A DNA stretch of 64,000 nt from the NCBI GenBank assembly GCA_038150265.1, contig JAYOTF010000003.1, positions 1 through 64,000 of the forward strand, given 5' to 3'. The notes below the pieces were generated by a model. That model did not search any database. It had not been told where the DNA came from and worked only from the letters and a program-made list of their open reading frames with translations. The stretch is from Deltaproteobacteria bacterium (GTDB lineage: Bacteria; SAR324; NAC60-12). The translations under genes were made by a program, and so were the position numbers. Shown here in pieces: positions 1-9,577 of the stretch. Position 1 is the first letter of the stretch. The number at the start of each line of letters is the position of its first letter.

Positions 1-1144
1 AACTCCGGAGGCGCTGCACGGTTTCAATCAGACGACGGGTCGCATAAGCGACTTCTTCAGCTGTTGTGAAGCGCCCAATGCTGAGCCGCACGGAGGCCCT
101 CGCCAGTGCTTCGGAGCGACCAATCGCCTGCAGGACGTAAGACGGCCCAATGTCCGCAGAGGTGCAGGCGGATCCAGACGCCACGGCCAACTCGCTGATG
201 CCCAGCAGCAGGGCCTCGCCGTCTACACCTTCCACACTGAAGTTGAGGTTGTTGGGCAGCCGCTGTTCCGGACCGTTGAGCAGCACGCCCCCGAGCTGCG
301 CCTGCAGGGAAGCAAGGAGCTGGCTCAGCAACAACCGCTGACGTTCCCCCTCGGGCTTCCAATCGCTGGCACACAGTTCGGCGGCCACCCCCATGCCAAT
401 GATGCCGGGGACGTTCAAGGTACCGGAGCGCAAACCCGACTCGTGCCCACCCCCCAGCAGAAGAGGCGAAATGCAGGGTTCGCCCGCCACCGACCTCACC
501 AACAGCCCCCCGGCCCCCTTGGGACCATAAAACTTGTGGGCACTGAACGAGAGCAGGTCCACCTTCAGGTCTCGGGCACTCAGGGGAAGCTTCCCGACTG
601 CCTGGGTCGCGTCTGTGTGCAGCAATGCCCCGGCGTGGTGCGTCAGCTGGCTCACTTCCTCAAGCGGGTAAAGTGTGCCCAGTTCGTTGTGGGCCGCCAT
701 CAGCGACACCAGCACCGTGTCCGGACGCAACGCCTGTTCCAGCTCCTTCAGGTCGATCTGCCCCTCGGCATCCACCGAGAGGTAGGTCACTTCCCAGCCT
801 TGCTGCTCCAGCCTCCGGACCGGATCCAGCACCGCCTTGTGTTCAATCGGGGTGGTGATCAGGTGCCGTCCCTTGTGCTTCCAGCGCTCGGCCACCCCGA
901 AGAGGGCGGTGTTGCACGACTCCGTGGCGCCGCTGGTCCACACCAGCTCCCTGGGGTTGGCCTTCAGCAGCGCCGCGACCTTCTCCCGAGCGCCTTCCAC
1001 TGCTCGCTCAGCAGTCCACCCAAACGAATGGTTGCGGCTTGCCGCGTTTCCAAACCACTCCGTGAAGTAGGGGAGCATCTTCTCCACCACCCGAGGATCC
1101 ACTGGAGTCGTGGCATTGTAATCGAGGTAAATCGGCAGTTTCAC
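1..1144 (-). CDS. iscS: Cysteine desulfurase (IscS/NifS group I), runs off the left edge
   Basis: Not in the ORF track because there is no stop in the window. Manual translation from GTG at 1144 gives (M)KLPIYLDYNATTPVDPRV...TSGATES...SAHKFYGPKG (PLP lysine)...SGSACTS (catalytic Cys)...RLSIGRFTT. Confidence 0.95.
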   Translation of the reverse strand, partial: MKLPIYLDYNATTPVDPRVVEKMLPYFTEWFGNAASRNHSFGWTAERAVEGAREKVAALLKANPRELVWTSGATESCNTALFGVAERWKHKGRHLITTPIEHKAVLDPVRRLEQQGWEVTYLSVDAEGQIDLKELEQALRPDTVLVSLMAAHNELGTLYPLEEVSQLTHHAGALLHTDATQAVGKLPLSARDLKVDLLSFSAHKFYGPKGAGGLLVRSVAGEPCISPLLLGGGHESGLRSGTLNVPGIIGMGVAAELCASDWKPEGERQRLLLSQLLASLQAQLGGVLLNGPEQRLPNNLNFSVEGVDGEALLLGISELAVASGSACTSADIGPSYVLQAIGRSEALARASVRLSIGRFTTAEEVAYATRRLIETVQRLRS

Positions 1145-1284
1145 CGAGCATCCGGGCACAGGTTGAAAAAATAATATGGTACCCGGAAGCAGAATTTTCT
1201 AAAATGATCAGTTGACTTCCTTGGTTCCGGGAAGGTCCTCCACAAAGCCTTCCCCTCCCGATCACTGATTCCGAGCACACAAAC

Positions 1285-3186
1285 ATGTCCACGGCAATGC
1301 AATACGACGTGCTGGTCATTGGGGCAGGTCATGCCGGGTGCGAAGCCGCGCTGGCCGCCGCTCGCATGGGCGTCCGAACGGCGCTGGTGACCATGTCTCG
1401 CGACACCATCGCAGAGATGTCCTGCAACCCCGCGATTGGCGGCATCGGGAAGGGGCACCTGGTGAAGGAGATTGATGCCCTCGGGGGAGAGATGGGGAAG
1501 GTGGCCGACGCCACCGGCATCCAGTTCCGGGTCCTCAATGCCTCACGCGGTCCGGCCACCTGGGGATCGCGCTGCCAGTCGGAGATGCATGAGTACAAGA
1601 AGGAAATGCGCCATGTGCTGGAGCAGCAGGACGGTTTGACGATTCTGGAGGGGTTGGTGGAAGACCTGCTCTTCGAAGGCGACCGCGCCGTTGGGGTCCG
1701 GACCTCAACCGCCGAGTACTTCAGCCAAACCGTGGTTGTCACCACCGGCACCTTCCTCAATGGCCTCATCCACCGTGGAGATGAGCGCGAGGAAGCCGGA
1801 CGGGTGGGCGAGCCACCGTCCAAGAACCTGTCCCTCTCCCTTGCTGGCCGGAACCTCGTCCTCGGACGCATGAAGACCGGGACGCCGGCACGGGTCAACA
1901 AGCACACCATCGACTGGGATCGGTTGGAGGTGCAGCCCGGAGACACGCCTCCACGGCGGTTCTCGTTCTGGGACACCGAAATCAAGCTCCCGCAGGTGCC
2001 CTGCCACATCGCCTACACCAACAAGCGGACCCACGCGATCATTCAGGAAAACCTCAGCCGCTCTGCTCTCTACGGAGGCCAGATCAAAGGCGTCGGCCCC
2101 CGGTACTGTCCCTCGATTGAGGACAAGATCGTCAAGTTTGCCGACAAGGACCGGCACCAGATCTTCATGGAACCCACGGGTCTGGCAGAAGACAACCTGA
2201 TGATCTACCCCAACGGACTGTCCACCAGCCTGCCCGCAGACGTTCAGTTTCAGTTCCTGCGGACCATTGAAGGGCTGGAGGCGGTGGAGATCATCCGGCC
2301 GGGCTATGCCATTGAGTACGACCACATTGATCCGACTCAGCTGAAGCCGACCCTGGAGCTGAAAGGCGTCGCGTGCCTCTACCTGGCCGGGCAGATCAAC
2401 GGCACCACCGGATACGAAGAAGCGGCAGCACAGGGGCTGATGGCCGGCATCAACGCCGCCCTGCAGGTGCAGCAGCGCCCTGCCTTCACCCTCGCACGCA
2501 ACGAGGCGTATATCGGCGTGCTCATTGACGACCTCATCACCAAGGGCGTCACGGAGCCTTACCGGATGTTTACCTCACGGGCGGAGCACCGCCTGCAACT
2601 GCGGGAAGACAATGCGGACCTCCGGCTTTGTGAAAAGGGGCACACCCTCGGCCTCCTTTCCGACTCCTGCTGGCAGCAGTTTGAAGAAAAGCGCACCCAG
2701 ATCCTGGCCCTCAGTCAGGCCCTGCAGGAACAGCGGATTCTTCCCAACGCCAACGTTCAGGCAGAGCTGGAGAAACTGGACGAGCCCCCTCTCAAGCACC
2801 CGGTTACCTTTGTGGAGCTCCTCAAGCGTCCGCGCCTCAACATTGCGCGCCTCATCCCCACCCCACTCGCGGAGGGCGTGGACTGGAACGCGTTTCCGGA
2901 GGCGGTCCGGCATCAGGTGGAAGTGGAGTCCAAGTACGAAGGGTACCTGGTTCGGCAGGCGCAGGAGCTGAAGCACCTTGAGGAAATGGACCGCATCCTC
3001 ATTCCGGAGGATTTTTCGCCACAGGGCATTTCCGGATTGTCTCGGGAGGTGGTGGAGAAGCTGGAGAAGGTCCGGCCGGTTTCCCTGGGGCAGGCCAGCC
3101 GCATTGATGGGCTGACCCCAGCGGCAATTGCGATCCTGCGGGTGCAGCTCAAGGCGCATCACGCCCGAAAAGCCGCCGCCGCATAG
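1285..3186 (+). CDS. mnmG: tRNA uridine 5-carboxymethylaminomethyl modification enzyme MnmG (GidA)
   Basis: [13 protein letters not shown] motif, [48 protein letters not shown]. Confidence 0.97.
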   Translation: MSTAMQYDVLVIGAGHAGCEAALAAARMGVRTALVTMSRDTIAEMSCNPAIGGIGKGHLVKEIDALGGEMGKVADATGIQFRVLNASRGPATWGSRCQSEMHEYKKEMRHVLEQQDGLTILEGLVEDLLFEGDRAVGVRTSTAEYFSQTVVVTTGTFLNGLIHRGDEREEAGRVGEPPSKNLSLSLAGRNLVLGRMKTGTPARVNKHTIDWDRLEVQPGDTPPRRFSFWDTEIKLPQVPCHIAYTNKRTHAIIQENLSRSALYGGQIKGVGPRYCPSIEDKIVKFADKDRHQIFMEPTGLAEDNLMIYPNGLSTSLPADVQFQFLRTIEGLEAVEIIRPGYAIEYDHIDPTQLKPTLELKGVACLYLAGQINGTTGYEEAAAQGLMAGINAALQVQQRPAFTLARNEAYIGVLIDDLITKGVTEPYRMFTSRAEHRLQLREDNADLRLCEKGHTLGLLSDSCWQQFEEKRTQILALSQALQEQRILPNANVQAELEKLDEPPLKHPVTFVELLKRPRLNIARLIPTPLAEGVDWNAFPEAVRHQVEVESKYEGYLVRQAQELKHLEEMDRILIPEDFSPQGISGLSREVVEKLEKVRPVSLGQASRIDGLTPAAIAILRVQLKAHHARKAAAA

Positions 3187-3197
3187 ACCACGCGGAA

Positions 3198-3223
3198 GCT
3201 CCCGGGCGGGAGCCTCCGGAGGC
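3198..3223. terminator. GC-rich hairpin(s) between convergent mnmG and prpE
   Basis: GCTCCC-GGGC-GGGAGC at 3198-3213 overlapping the perfect palindrome GCCTCCGGAGGC at 3212-3223; no U-tract. Confidence 0.35.
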
Positions 3224-3227
3224 GAGT

Positions 3228-5132
3228 TCAGCCTTCGCCGTATTGACCAATGCCACACTCCTGCATGGCCTCGGTGATCTCATCCAGAATCGCCGGGTCG
3301 TCAATGGTCGGAGGAACCGGGACGTCCTGCTCTGCGGCCAGTTGCCGCAGCGTCTTGCGCAGAATCTTGCCAGACCGCGTCTTGGGCAGACGCTTGACGA
3401 TTGCCGAGTGCCGGAAGTAGGCCACGGCGCCAATTTCCCGCCGGATGATGGCGACCAGCTCTTCCTGCATCTCTGCCTGCGTCTTCTCCTGCCCATCCTT
3501 GAGGACCACGAAGCCCACCGGAATCTGTCCCCGGAGTTCATCATCAATTCCCACCACCGCACACTCGGCCACCGAGGCGTGCCCGCCGATCAGCTCTTCC
3601 ATCTCTCCGGTGGAAAGCCGGTGCCCGGCCACGTTGATGACGTCGTCAATGCGGCCCATCACAAACAGGTAGCCGTCTTCGTCCTTCATCCCGCCGTCTC
3701 CGGTCAGGTAGTAGCCCGGGAAGGTTTCGAGGTACCCCTTCCGGAAGCGCTCATTGTTGCCCCAGAGGGTGGGGAGGCAGCTGGGAGGAAGCGGGAGCTT
3801 GACGACGATGTTGCCCGTCTCGCCGGGCTGGCACTCCAGGCCTCCGTCGTCGAGGATCCGGACATCGTAGCCGGGCATCGGCAGGGCGGGAGAACCGGTT
3901 TTCGGAGGATGCGGTTCAATGCCCATCGGGTTGGCACAGATCGCCCACCCGGTTTCGGTTTGCCACCAGTGGTCGATCACCGGCACCTCCAGGATGCTCA
4001 TGAGCCAGTCATAGGTCGGTGGGTCCAGGCGTTCTCCGGCAAGGTAGAGGGTCCGGAGCGAGCTGATGTCGTACTTTGCCAGCTCCCTGGCTTCCGGATC
4101 TTCCTTCTTGACGGCACGGAAGGCGGTGGGAGCCGTAAAGAAGGTGTTGATCCTGTGTTCCTCAATCATCCGCCAGAAGGCGCCGGCATCCGGAGTCTTG
4201 ACGGGCTTTCCTTCATAGACGATGGTGGTGCACCCCTGCAGCAACGGAGCATAGACGATGTAGGAGTGGCCCACCACCCACCCCACATCCGAGGCGGCCC
4301 AGAAGACGTCTCCGGGGTCGGTGTTGTACACCGCCTTCATGCTGTACTTCAGGGCCACCGCGTGCCCGCCGTTGTCTCGGATCACGCCTTTCGGCAACCC
4401 GGTGGTTCCGGAGGTATAAAGCACATAAAGCGGATCGGTCGCATCAACCGGCACCGGATCCACCGGCTTGGCCTGAGCCACCTGTTCCTGCCAGTCGAAA
4501 TCCCGTCCCGCCTGCAGGGAGGCTTCAGCTTGCGGGCGCTGCAGCAGCACCACGGCTTCGGGGGGCGTCTTTGCCAGCTCCAGGGCCTTGTCCACCAGGG
4601 GCTTGTACTCAATGACCCGGTTGACCTCAATTCCGCAGCTTGCGGTCACCAGCGCCTTGGGCTGGGCGTCGTCAATGCGGACCGCCAGCTCATGCGGAGC
4701 AAAGCCTCCAAAGACCACGGAGTGAATGGCGCCGATCCGGGCACAGGCCAGCATGGCCACTACGGCTTCGACCATCATGGGCATGTAGATCACCACCCGA
4801 TCGCCCTTCTCCACGCCGAGCCCCTGAAGCACGCCGGCAAAGGTTGCCACCTCGTGCTGCAGCTCCCGGTAGGTCACCGTCCGCTGGGTATCGGTGACGG
4901 GAGAGTCGTAGATGAGGGCCGGCTGGTCTGCCCGTCCGTTTTCGACATGGTAGTCAACAGCGAGGTAGCAGGTGTTGAGCTTCCCGCCCTTGAACCAGCG
5001 GTAGAAGCCTTCTTCGTCTTGAGAGAGGATGGTGGAGGGGAATTCGTACCAGTCCAGTTGCTCGGCCTGCTGGCGCCAGAAGGCTTCCGGCTGTTCGAGG
5101 GATTGCTGGTACTGGTCCCGATAGGCTGTCAT
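3228..5132 (-). CDS. prpE: Propionyl-CoA synthetase (acyl-CoA synthetase, PrpE-like)
   Basis: [41 protein letters not shown]. Start moved to ATG 5132 (MTAYRDQY), preceded by AGGAG. Confidence 0.88.
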   Translation of the reverse strand: MTAYRDQYQQSLEQPEAFWRQQAEQLDWYEFPSTILSQDEEGFYRWFKGGKLNTCYLAVDYHVENGRADQPALIYDSPVTDTQRTVTYRELQHEVATFAGVLQGLGVEKGDRVVIYMPMMVEAVVAMLACARIGAIHSVVFGGFAPHELAVRIDDAQPKALVTASCGIEVNRVIEYKPLVDKALELAKTPPEAVVLLQRPQAEASLQAGRDFDWQEQVAQAKPVDPVPVDATDPLYVLYTSGTTGLPKGVIRDNGGHAVALKYSMKAVYNTDPGDVFWAASDVGWVVGHSYIVYAPLLQGCTTIVYEGKPVKTPDAGAFWRMIEEHRINTFFTAPTAFRAVKKEDPEARELAKYDISSLRTLYLAGERLDPPTYDWLMSILEVPVIDHWWQTETGWAICANPMGIEPHPPKTGSPALPMPGYDVRILDDGGLECQPGETGNIVVKLPLPPSCLPTLWGNNERFRKGYLETFPGYYLTGDGGMKDEDGYLFVMGRIDDVINVAGHRLSTGEMEELIGGHASVAECAVVGIDDELRGQIPVGFVVLKDGQEKTQAEMQEELVAIIRREIGAVAYFRHSAIVKRLPKTRSGKILRKTLRQLAAEQDVPVPPTIDDPAILDEITEAMQECGIGQYGEG

Positions 5133-5188
5133 GTGTTGTCTCCTGCTTGAAGGGGTAGAGTGGATCACTTAAGGTGCAGACCACGGGG

Positions 5189-5617
5189 TCAGTTCATCAT
5201 CATGTCTCGCATGAAGGGAATCAGGCGCATCACCCAGTCCGGATGCTGCTTCCAGCTGGACATGTCGTAGTTCGGATTGAAGTAGTCCAGAAATCCGACC
5301 AACTCCTGACTGGTGAGGTCTGATGCGGGTCGAAACGCCATGGCCCATCCGGCAAAGTAGCGCTCGTCCAGTTCCCCCTGGTCAAAGACCGAGATGAACT
5401 CGTGACGGGAGTCCTTTTCGATGTGCTGGTAGAGTTCCTGAACCGCCGGTTGGGGGCCTTCAATGAACTGAAAGAAGCGTTCGTTTCCGTAAAAAAGAAC
5501 CCCGGTGATGCCGGCACGTTCATTATGAACCCGAGCCAGGCTGAGCATGGACGCCAGTTCGGCATCTGACATCGGGTGCGTCGAAAAACTGCCGTAGGCC
5601 ATGTAAAACAAGCTCAT
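5189..5617 (-). CDS. Stand-alone BLUF-domain blue-light photoreceptor
   Basis: BLUF pattern: Y-x-S (AYGS), ARVHN..GITGVL, FFQFIEG, IEKDSRH, RYFAGWAM. The photoactive Tyr, Gln and Met are present. Start ATG 5617 or TTG 5629. Confidence 0.9.
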   Translation of the reverse strand: MSLFYMAYGSFSTHPMSDAELASMLSLARVHNERAGITGVLFYGNERFFQFIEGPQPAVQELYQHIEKDSRHEFISVFDQGELDERYFAGWAMAFRPASDLTSQELVGFLDYFNPNYDMSSWKQHPDWVMRLIPFMRDMMMN

Positions 5618-5700
5618 GATGCTTCTCAACTGGACACCTGGCGGGCTGCGGTGTGAGGTCGTGTTTGACAGCGCGACCCGTGAGGGTCACGCCAGGGGCA

Positions 5701-5723
5701 GGGACCGGAGGGTGCCCGGTCCC
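5701..5723 (-). other. Stem-loop just downstream of the phaC stop
   Basis: GGGACCGG-N7-CCGGTCCC, an 8-bp perfect stem with no U-tract. Confidence 0.35.
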
Positions 5724-5732
5724 CTTGGGTGC

Positions 5733-7457
5733 TCAGGGCTCCAGCACGTAGGTGCCGGGAGCCTCCGCCAGGGGCTTGTGCTTGGGGCTTCCCATCTTGG
5801 GAGGCGCCACCATCTTGCCTGCGCGCTCGCTCAGCCAGGCCGTCCAGTCATTCCACCACGTGTCGTTGGTTTTCTGCTGCTTGGACTGCCAGGACTCAGG
5901 AGAGCTTCCGGAATCGCCTTCACCCGCCCAGAAGCTGCGCTTGGGAGGATCAACCGGGGGGTTGACGACTCCGGCGATGTGCCCGGACGTGGAGAGGGAA
6001 AACCGAACCGGCCCCTTGACGAGGTTATTGATCCGGTACACCTGCTTCCACGGGGTGATGTGATCTTCTTCCGCAGCGACGCAGTACAGCGGCTCCGTGA
6101 TGCGGCGAAGGTCAATCGGCTGCCCGGCCAGGGTCACTCCGTCCTTTTCCTTCAGCTTGTTGTGAAGGTAGTACTCACGGAGGTAGAACTTGTGCATCGC
6201 CTCGGGCATGCGCGTGGAGTCATCATTCCAGTAGAGCATGTCGATGGGCGGAGGCTGCTTCCCGTAGAGGTAGTTGTTGATGAAGTAGTGCCAGATCAGG
6301 CCATCCGGACGGAGCATGCGCATGGTTGTGCCCATCTGCTTGCCATCGAGGTAGCCCTGCTCGGCCATGGTCTTCTCGAGGTCCTTGAGGGAATCTTCGT
6401 TGATGAAGACCCCGAGGTCGCCCGGATGCTCAAAGTCCACCAGCGTGGTCAGGAGCGTCCAGTCTTCCACCGGGTTGGCCTTGCGGTTCTTCGGGCTGCT
6501 GTACCAGGCCATGGTGGAGGCCAGCAGGGTGCCGCCAATGCAGTAGCCCACGGCATGGAGCTTCTTGGCACCTGTGATCTGCTGCGCCACCTCGAAGGCC
6601 GTGATGGGGCCTTGCTGGAGGTAGTCATCCATCCCGACGTTCCGCATCTCCTTGGTCGGATTCTTCCAGCTGATGACAAAGGTCGTGAAGCCCTTGGACA
6701 CCAGGTTCCGGATGAAGCTCTTCTTTGGCGCCAGGTCGAGGATGTAGAACTTGTTGATCCACGGCGGGGTGATCACCACCGGCTTCTCATGCACCTCTTC
6801 CGTTGTCGGCGAGTACTGGATCAGCTCCATCAGGTCGTTGCGGAAGACCACCTTTCCCGGGGTGCTGGCCAGGTTCTCTCCCACCTTGAACGGCGACTTG
6901 TCCACCGTCTCCGGCAGGCCATCGCCGCTGCTGATGTCCTTGAGCCAGTTCTGCAGCCCCTGACGCAGGCTCTCGCCCTTGGTCTCCACAAACTGGTTGA
7001 TGGCGTTCGGATTCGTCCAGAAGTAGTTGTCGGGCGAAAGGGCGCTCAGCATTTGCTTCGACCAGAAGGTCGCGTCTCGCTTCACGTTCTCTTCCACCGG
7101 CGCATTCTGGATGTTCTGCTCCATCCACCCGGAATAGGTCTGGTAGTACTCCCGGATCCACTTGAAGTACGGGAGTTTGGACCAGTCCGCCTTGCCTTCG
7201 GCATCCGGAGGCTCCGGCTTCTGGTTGAGGAAGTCCTGCCACACCTGCTGGTTGGTTTCTGTGATGCGTTCCGACCAGGACCGCATCGCTTCCCCGAGCT
7301 CCTGGGGATTCTGGGCCCAGGCTTCAGCCACCTGCTGCAGGGACTTCATGGCGCCCATCGGATCGGCATTGGACGGAGGCGCTCCCATGTTTGAGGCCAT
7401 CTGTCCCATCATTTCCTGAAACCAATCCTGCGGCTGTTTGTCCTTGGAGTCTGCCAT
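5733..7457 (-). CDS. phaC: Polyhydroxyalkanoate synthase, class I
   Basis: PPWINKFYILDL, lipase-like box GYCIGG (catalytic Cys), LYWNDD, EEDHI (Asp), SGHIAG (His), C-terminal APGTYV; 574 aa single subunit. Confidence 0.95.
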   Translation of the reverse strand: MADSKDKQPQDWFQEMMGQMASNMGAPPSNADPMGAMKSLQQVAEAWAQNPQELGEAMRSWSERITETNQQVWQDFLNQKPEPPDAEGKADWSKLPYFKWIREYYQTYSGWMEQNIQNAPVEENVKRDATFWSKQMLSALSPDNYFWTNPNAINQFVETKGESLRQGLQNWLKDISSGDGLPETVDKSPFKVGENLASTPGKVVFRNDLMELIQYSPTTEEVHEKPVVITPPWINKFYILDLAPKKSFIRNLVSKGFTTFVISWKNPTKEMRNVGMDDYLQQGPITAFEVAQQITGAKKLHAVGYCIGGTLLASTMAWYSSPKNRKANPVEDWTLLTTLVDFEHPGDLGVFINEDSLKDLEKTMAEQGYLDGKQMGTTMRMLRPDGLIWHYFINNYLYGKQPPPIDMLYWNDDSTRMPEAMHKFYLREYYLHNKLKEKDGVTLAGQPIDLRRITEPLYCVAAEEDHITPWKQVYRINNLVKGPVRFSLSTSGHIAGVVNPPVDPPKRSFWAGEGDSGSSPESWQSKQQKTNDTWWNDWTAWLSERAGKMVAPPKMGSPKHKPLAEAPGTYVLEP

Positions 7458-7488
7458 TCGGCTCCTCTTGCAAAGGTTGAGAAATCAG

Positions 7489-8247
7489 TTAGATGCGCAG
7501 CCCACCGTCACACTCGATCACCCGACCGGTGAAGTAGTCATTCTCCAGGATGTACATCGCGGAGTGGCTGATCTCGCTCGGATCGCCGAGGCGCTTCAGC
7601 GGCACCTGATCAATGATCTTCTGCTTCACGTCATCCCGGATGGCCGCCACCATTTCGGTGTTGATGTAGCCCGGAGCAATGGCGCCCACACGGATGCCGT
7701 ACCGAGACAGCTCCTTGGCCCAGGTGACCGTCATTTCGGCAACACCGGCCTTGGTTGCCGTGTAGTTCGTCTGCCCCATGTTTCCGCTTCGGGAGATGCT
7801 GGAGATGTTGATGCAGACGCCCGCCTTGTCTTGCTCGAGGAGCTTGCCGAAGAACTCTCGGGCGCAGAGGAAGACGCCGGTGAGGTTCACGTCAATGACG
7901 AGCTGCCAGTTGGCCAGGGACATCTTCTGAACCACCCCATCCTTCTTGCGGACGAGCAGGCCGTCCCGGGTGATGCCGGCATTGTTGATGAGCGCGTCCA
8001 CGGTTCCGAAGTCTGCCACGATGTCAGCGAAGAGCTTCTCGACTTCGTCTTCCTTCGAGACATTGGTGACGTAGGTTTTCACTTCCACGCCCTTGGCAGC
8101 ACAGCTGGCCTGGACATTGGCCAGGTCGTCAGCATTCAGGTCCACCAGCGCCAGCTTGGCACCACGGTCGGCCAGGTCGTTGGCAAAGGCTTTGCCCAGT
8201 CCGCGTCCGCCACCGGTCACAACAATCACTTTATCTTTGATTTCCAT
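7489..8247 (-). CDS. SDR oxidoreductase (FabG-like 3-ketoacyl reductase) in the phaB position; probable acetoacetyl-CoA reductase
   Basis: TGGGRGLG, NNAGITRD, S..YTATK catalytic motif. Start ATG 8247 (MEIKDKV). Lies between phaA and phaC. Confidence 0.85.
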   Translation of the reverse strand: MEIKDKVIVVTGGGRGLGKAFANDLADRGAKLALVDLNADDLANVQASCAAKGVEVKTYVTNVSKEDEVEKLFADIVADFGTVDALINNAGITRDGLLVRKKDGVVQKMSLANWQLVIDVNLTGVFLCAREFFGKLLEQDKAGVCINISSISRSGNMGQTNYTATKAGVAEMTVTWAKELSRYGIRVGAIAPGYINTEMVAAIRDDVKQKIIDQVPLKRLGDPSEISHSAMYILENDYFTGRVIECDGGLRI

Positions 8248-8305
8248 GAGTCTGTTCCATTTGTTGAGTGTGTGAAAGAACCCCTGTTTTGTTGTGTTCC
8301 GTGGC

Positions 8306-9487
8306 TTAGCGCTCCACGGCCAGCGCCACGCCCTGTCCCCCACCAATGCAGAGGGTGGCCACGCCTTTCTTGGCGTCCCGCTTCTGCATCTCGTGCAGGA
8401 GGGTCACCAGAATCCGGGCCCCTGAGGCGCCGATCGGGTGACCAATGGCAATGGCTCCACCGTTGACGTTGACCTTGTCGGTGTCCCACCCGAGGTCCCG
8501 GTTCACTGAAATCGACTGAGCCGCAAAGGCTTCGTTGGACTCCACGAGGTCGAGGTCATTGACGGTCCAGCCAGCCTTGTCGAGGCACTTCCGGGTGGCG
8601 GGAATGGGTCCGGTTCCCATGATGGCCGGGTCCACTCCGGCATTGGAGTAGGCCTTGATCGTCGCCAGTGGCGTCAGGCCGAGTTCCTTGGCCTTGGAGG
8701 CCGACATCACCACCACAGCGGCGGCGCCGTCGTTCAGGCCAGAAGCGTTTCCTGCCGTCACGCTCCCTTCCTTCGAGAAAGCCGGCCGGAGCTTGGACAT
8801 GTCTTCCAGCTGGGCGCCCTTGCGGATGTACTCATCCTTCTGGAACACCACCGGATCGCCCTTGCGCTGAGGAATTTCCACCGGTGTGATCTCCGCATCG
8901 AAGCGTCCGGATTCCTGAGCCGCTTCCGCCTTGTTCTGAGAGCGATAGGCAAACTCATCCTGCTCGTTGCGGTCAATGCCGTACTTGTCAGCAACATTCT
9001 CAGCGGTGGTGCCCATGTGGTAGTTGTTGGTGGCACACCAGAGGCCGTCTTTGATCATGGTGTCCACGAGCTTCCAGTCCCCCATGCGCTGGCCATCTCG
9101 CGAACCCGGGAGGACGTGCGCCGCGCGGCTCATGTTCTCCTGTCCTCCAGCAATCACCACCTCGGCATCGCCACACCGGATCGCTTGAGCGGCCAGGTGG
9201 ACCGCCTTCAGTCCACTTCCGCAGACTTTGTTGATGGTCATGGCGGGGACTTCATGAGGAAGGCCGGCGATCAAGGAAGCCTGACGGGCCGGGTTCTGAC
9301 CGTCTCCTGCGGCCAGCACCTGGCCGAGGATGACTTCGTTGACCTGCTCAGGCTTCAGGTTCGCCTGCTTCAGGAGGCTCCGGATGACCGTTGCTCCTAA
9401 TTCTGCTGCCGGCAGAGAACTCAGGCTGCCGCCGAATTTTCCAACAGCGGTGCGGGTTGCCGCGACAATGACCACTTCTTCTGACAT
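8306..9487 (-). CDS. phaA: Acetyl-CoA C-acetyltransferase (beta-ketothiolase)
   Basis: [29 protein letters not shown]. Start ATG 9487 with AAGGAG RBS. Confidence 0.94.
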   Translation of the reverse strand: MSEEVVIVAATRTAVGKFGGSLSSLPAAELGATVIRSLLKQANLKPEQVNEVILGQVLAAGDGQNPARQASLIAGLPHEVPAMTINKVCGSGLKAVHLAAQAIRCGDAEVVIAGGQENMSRAAHVLPGSRDGQRMGDWKLVDTMIKDGLWCATNNYHMGTTAENVADKYGIDRNEQDEFAYRSQNKAEAAQESGRFDAEITPVEIPQRKGDPVVFQKDEYIRKGAQLEDMSKLRPAFSKEGSVTAGNASGLNDGAAAVVVMSASKAKELGLTPLATIKAYSNAGVDPAIMGTGPIPATRKCLDKAGWTVNDLDLVESNEAFAAQSISVNRDLGWDTDKVNVNGGAIAIGHPIGASGARILVTLLHEMQKRDAKKGVATLCIGGGQGVALAVER

Positions 9488-9535
9488 TTGCTCCTTGTTG
9501 AGATGCCTCCGGAGTCCGGAGAGGGGGGTAAAATG

Positions 9536-9571
9536 AAAAAGGCGCCCCACAGACGAGTCCGGAGGCGCCTT
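9536..9571 (-). terminator. Intrinsic terminator after acs
   Basis: Minus strand reads AAGGCGCCTCCGGAC-TC-GTCTGTGGGGCGCCTT then TTTCATTTT, immediately after the acs stop. Confidence 0.7.
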
Positions 9572-9577
9572 CTTCCA

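Noticed and set aside
443..1174. 243-aa plus-strand ORF and other short ORFs in 57-1458
   Set aside because: They lie antisense to or out of frame with iscS, which the ORF track missed because it has no stop inside the window.
3243..5150. 635-aa plus-strand ORF antisense to prpE (likewise 5616-7394, 15221-16885, 29264-30745, 31842-33629, 35461-37278, 50562-52199)
   Set aside because: Shadow ORFs that mirror well-identified genes on the other strand; expected from GC-rich codon bias; no recognisable motifs.
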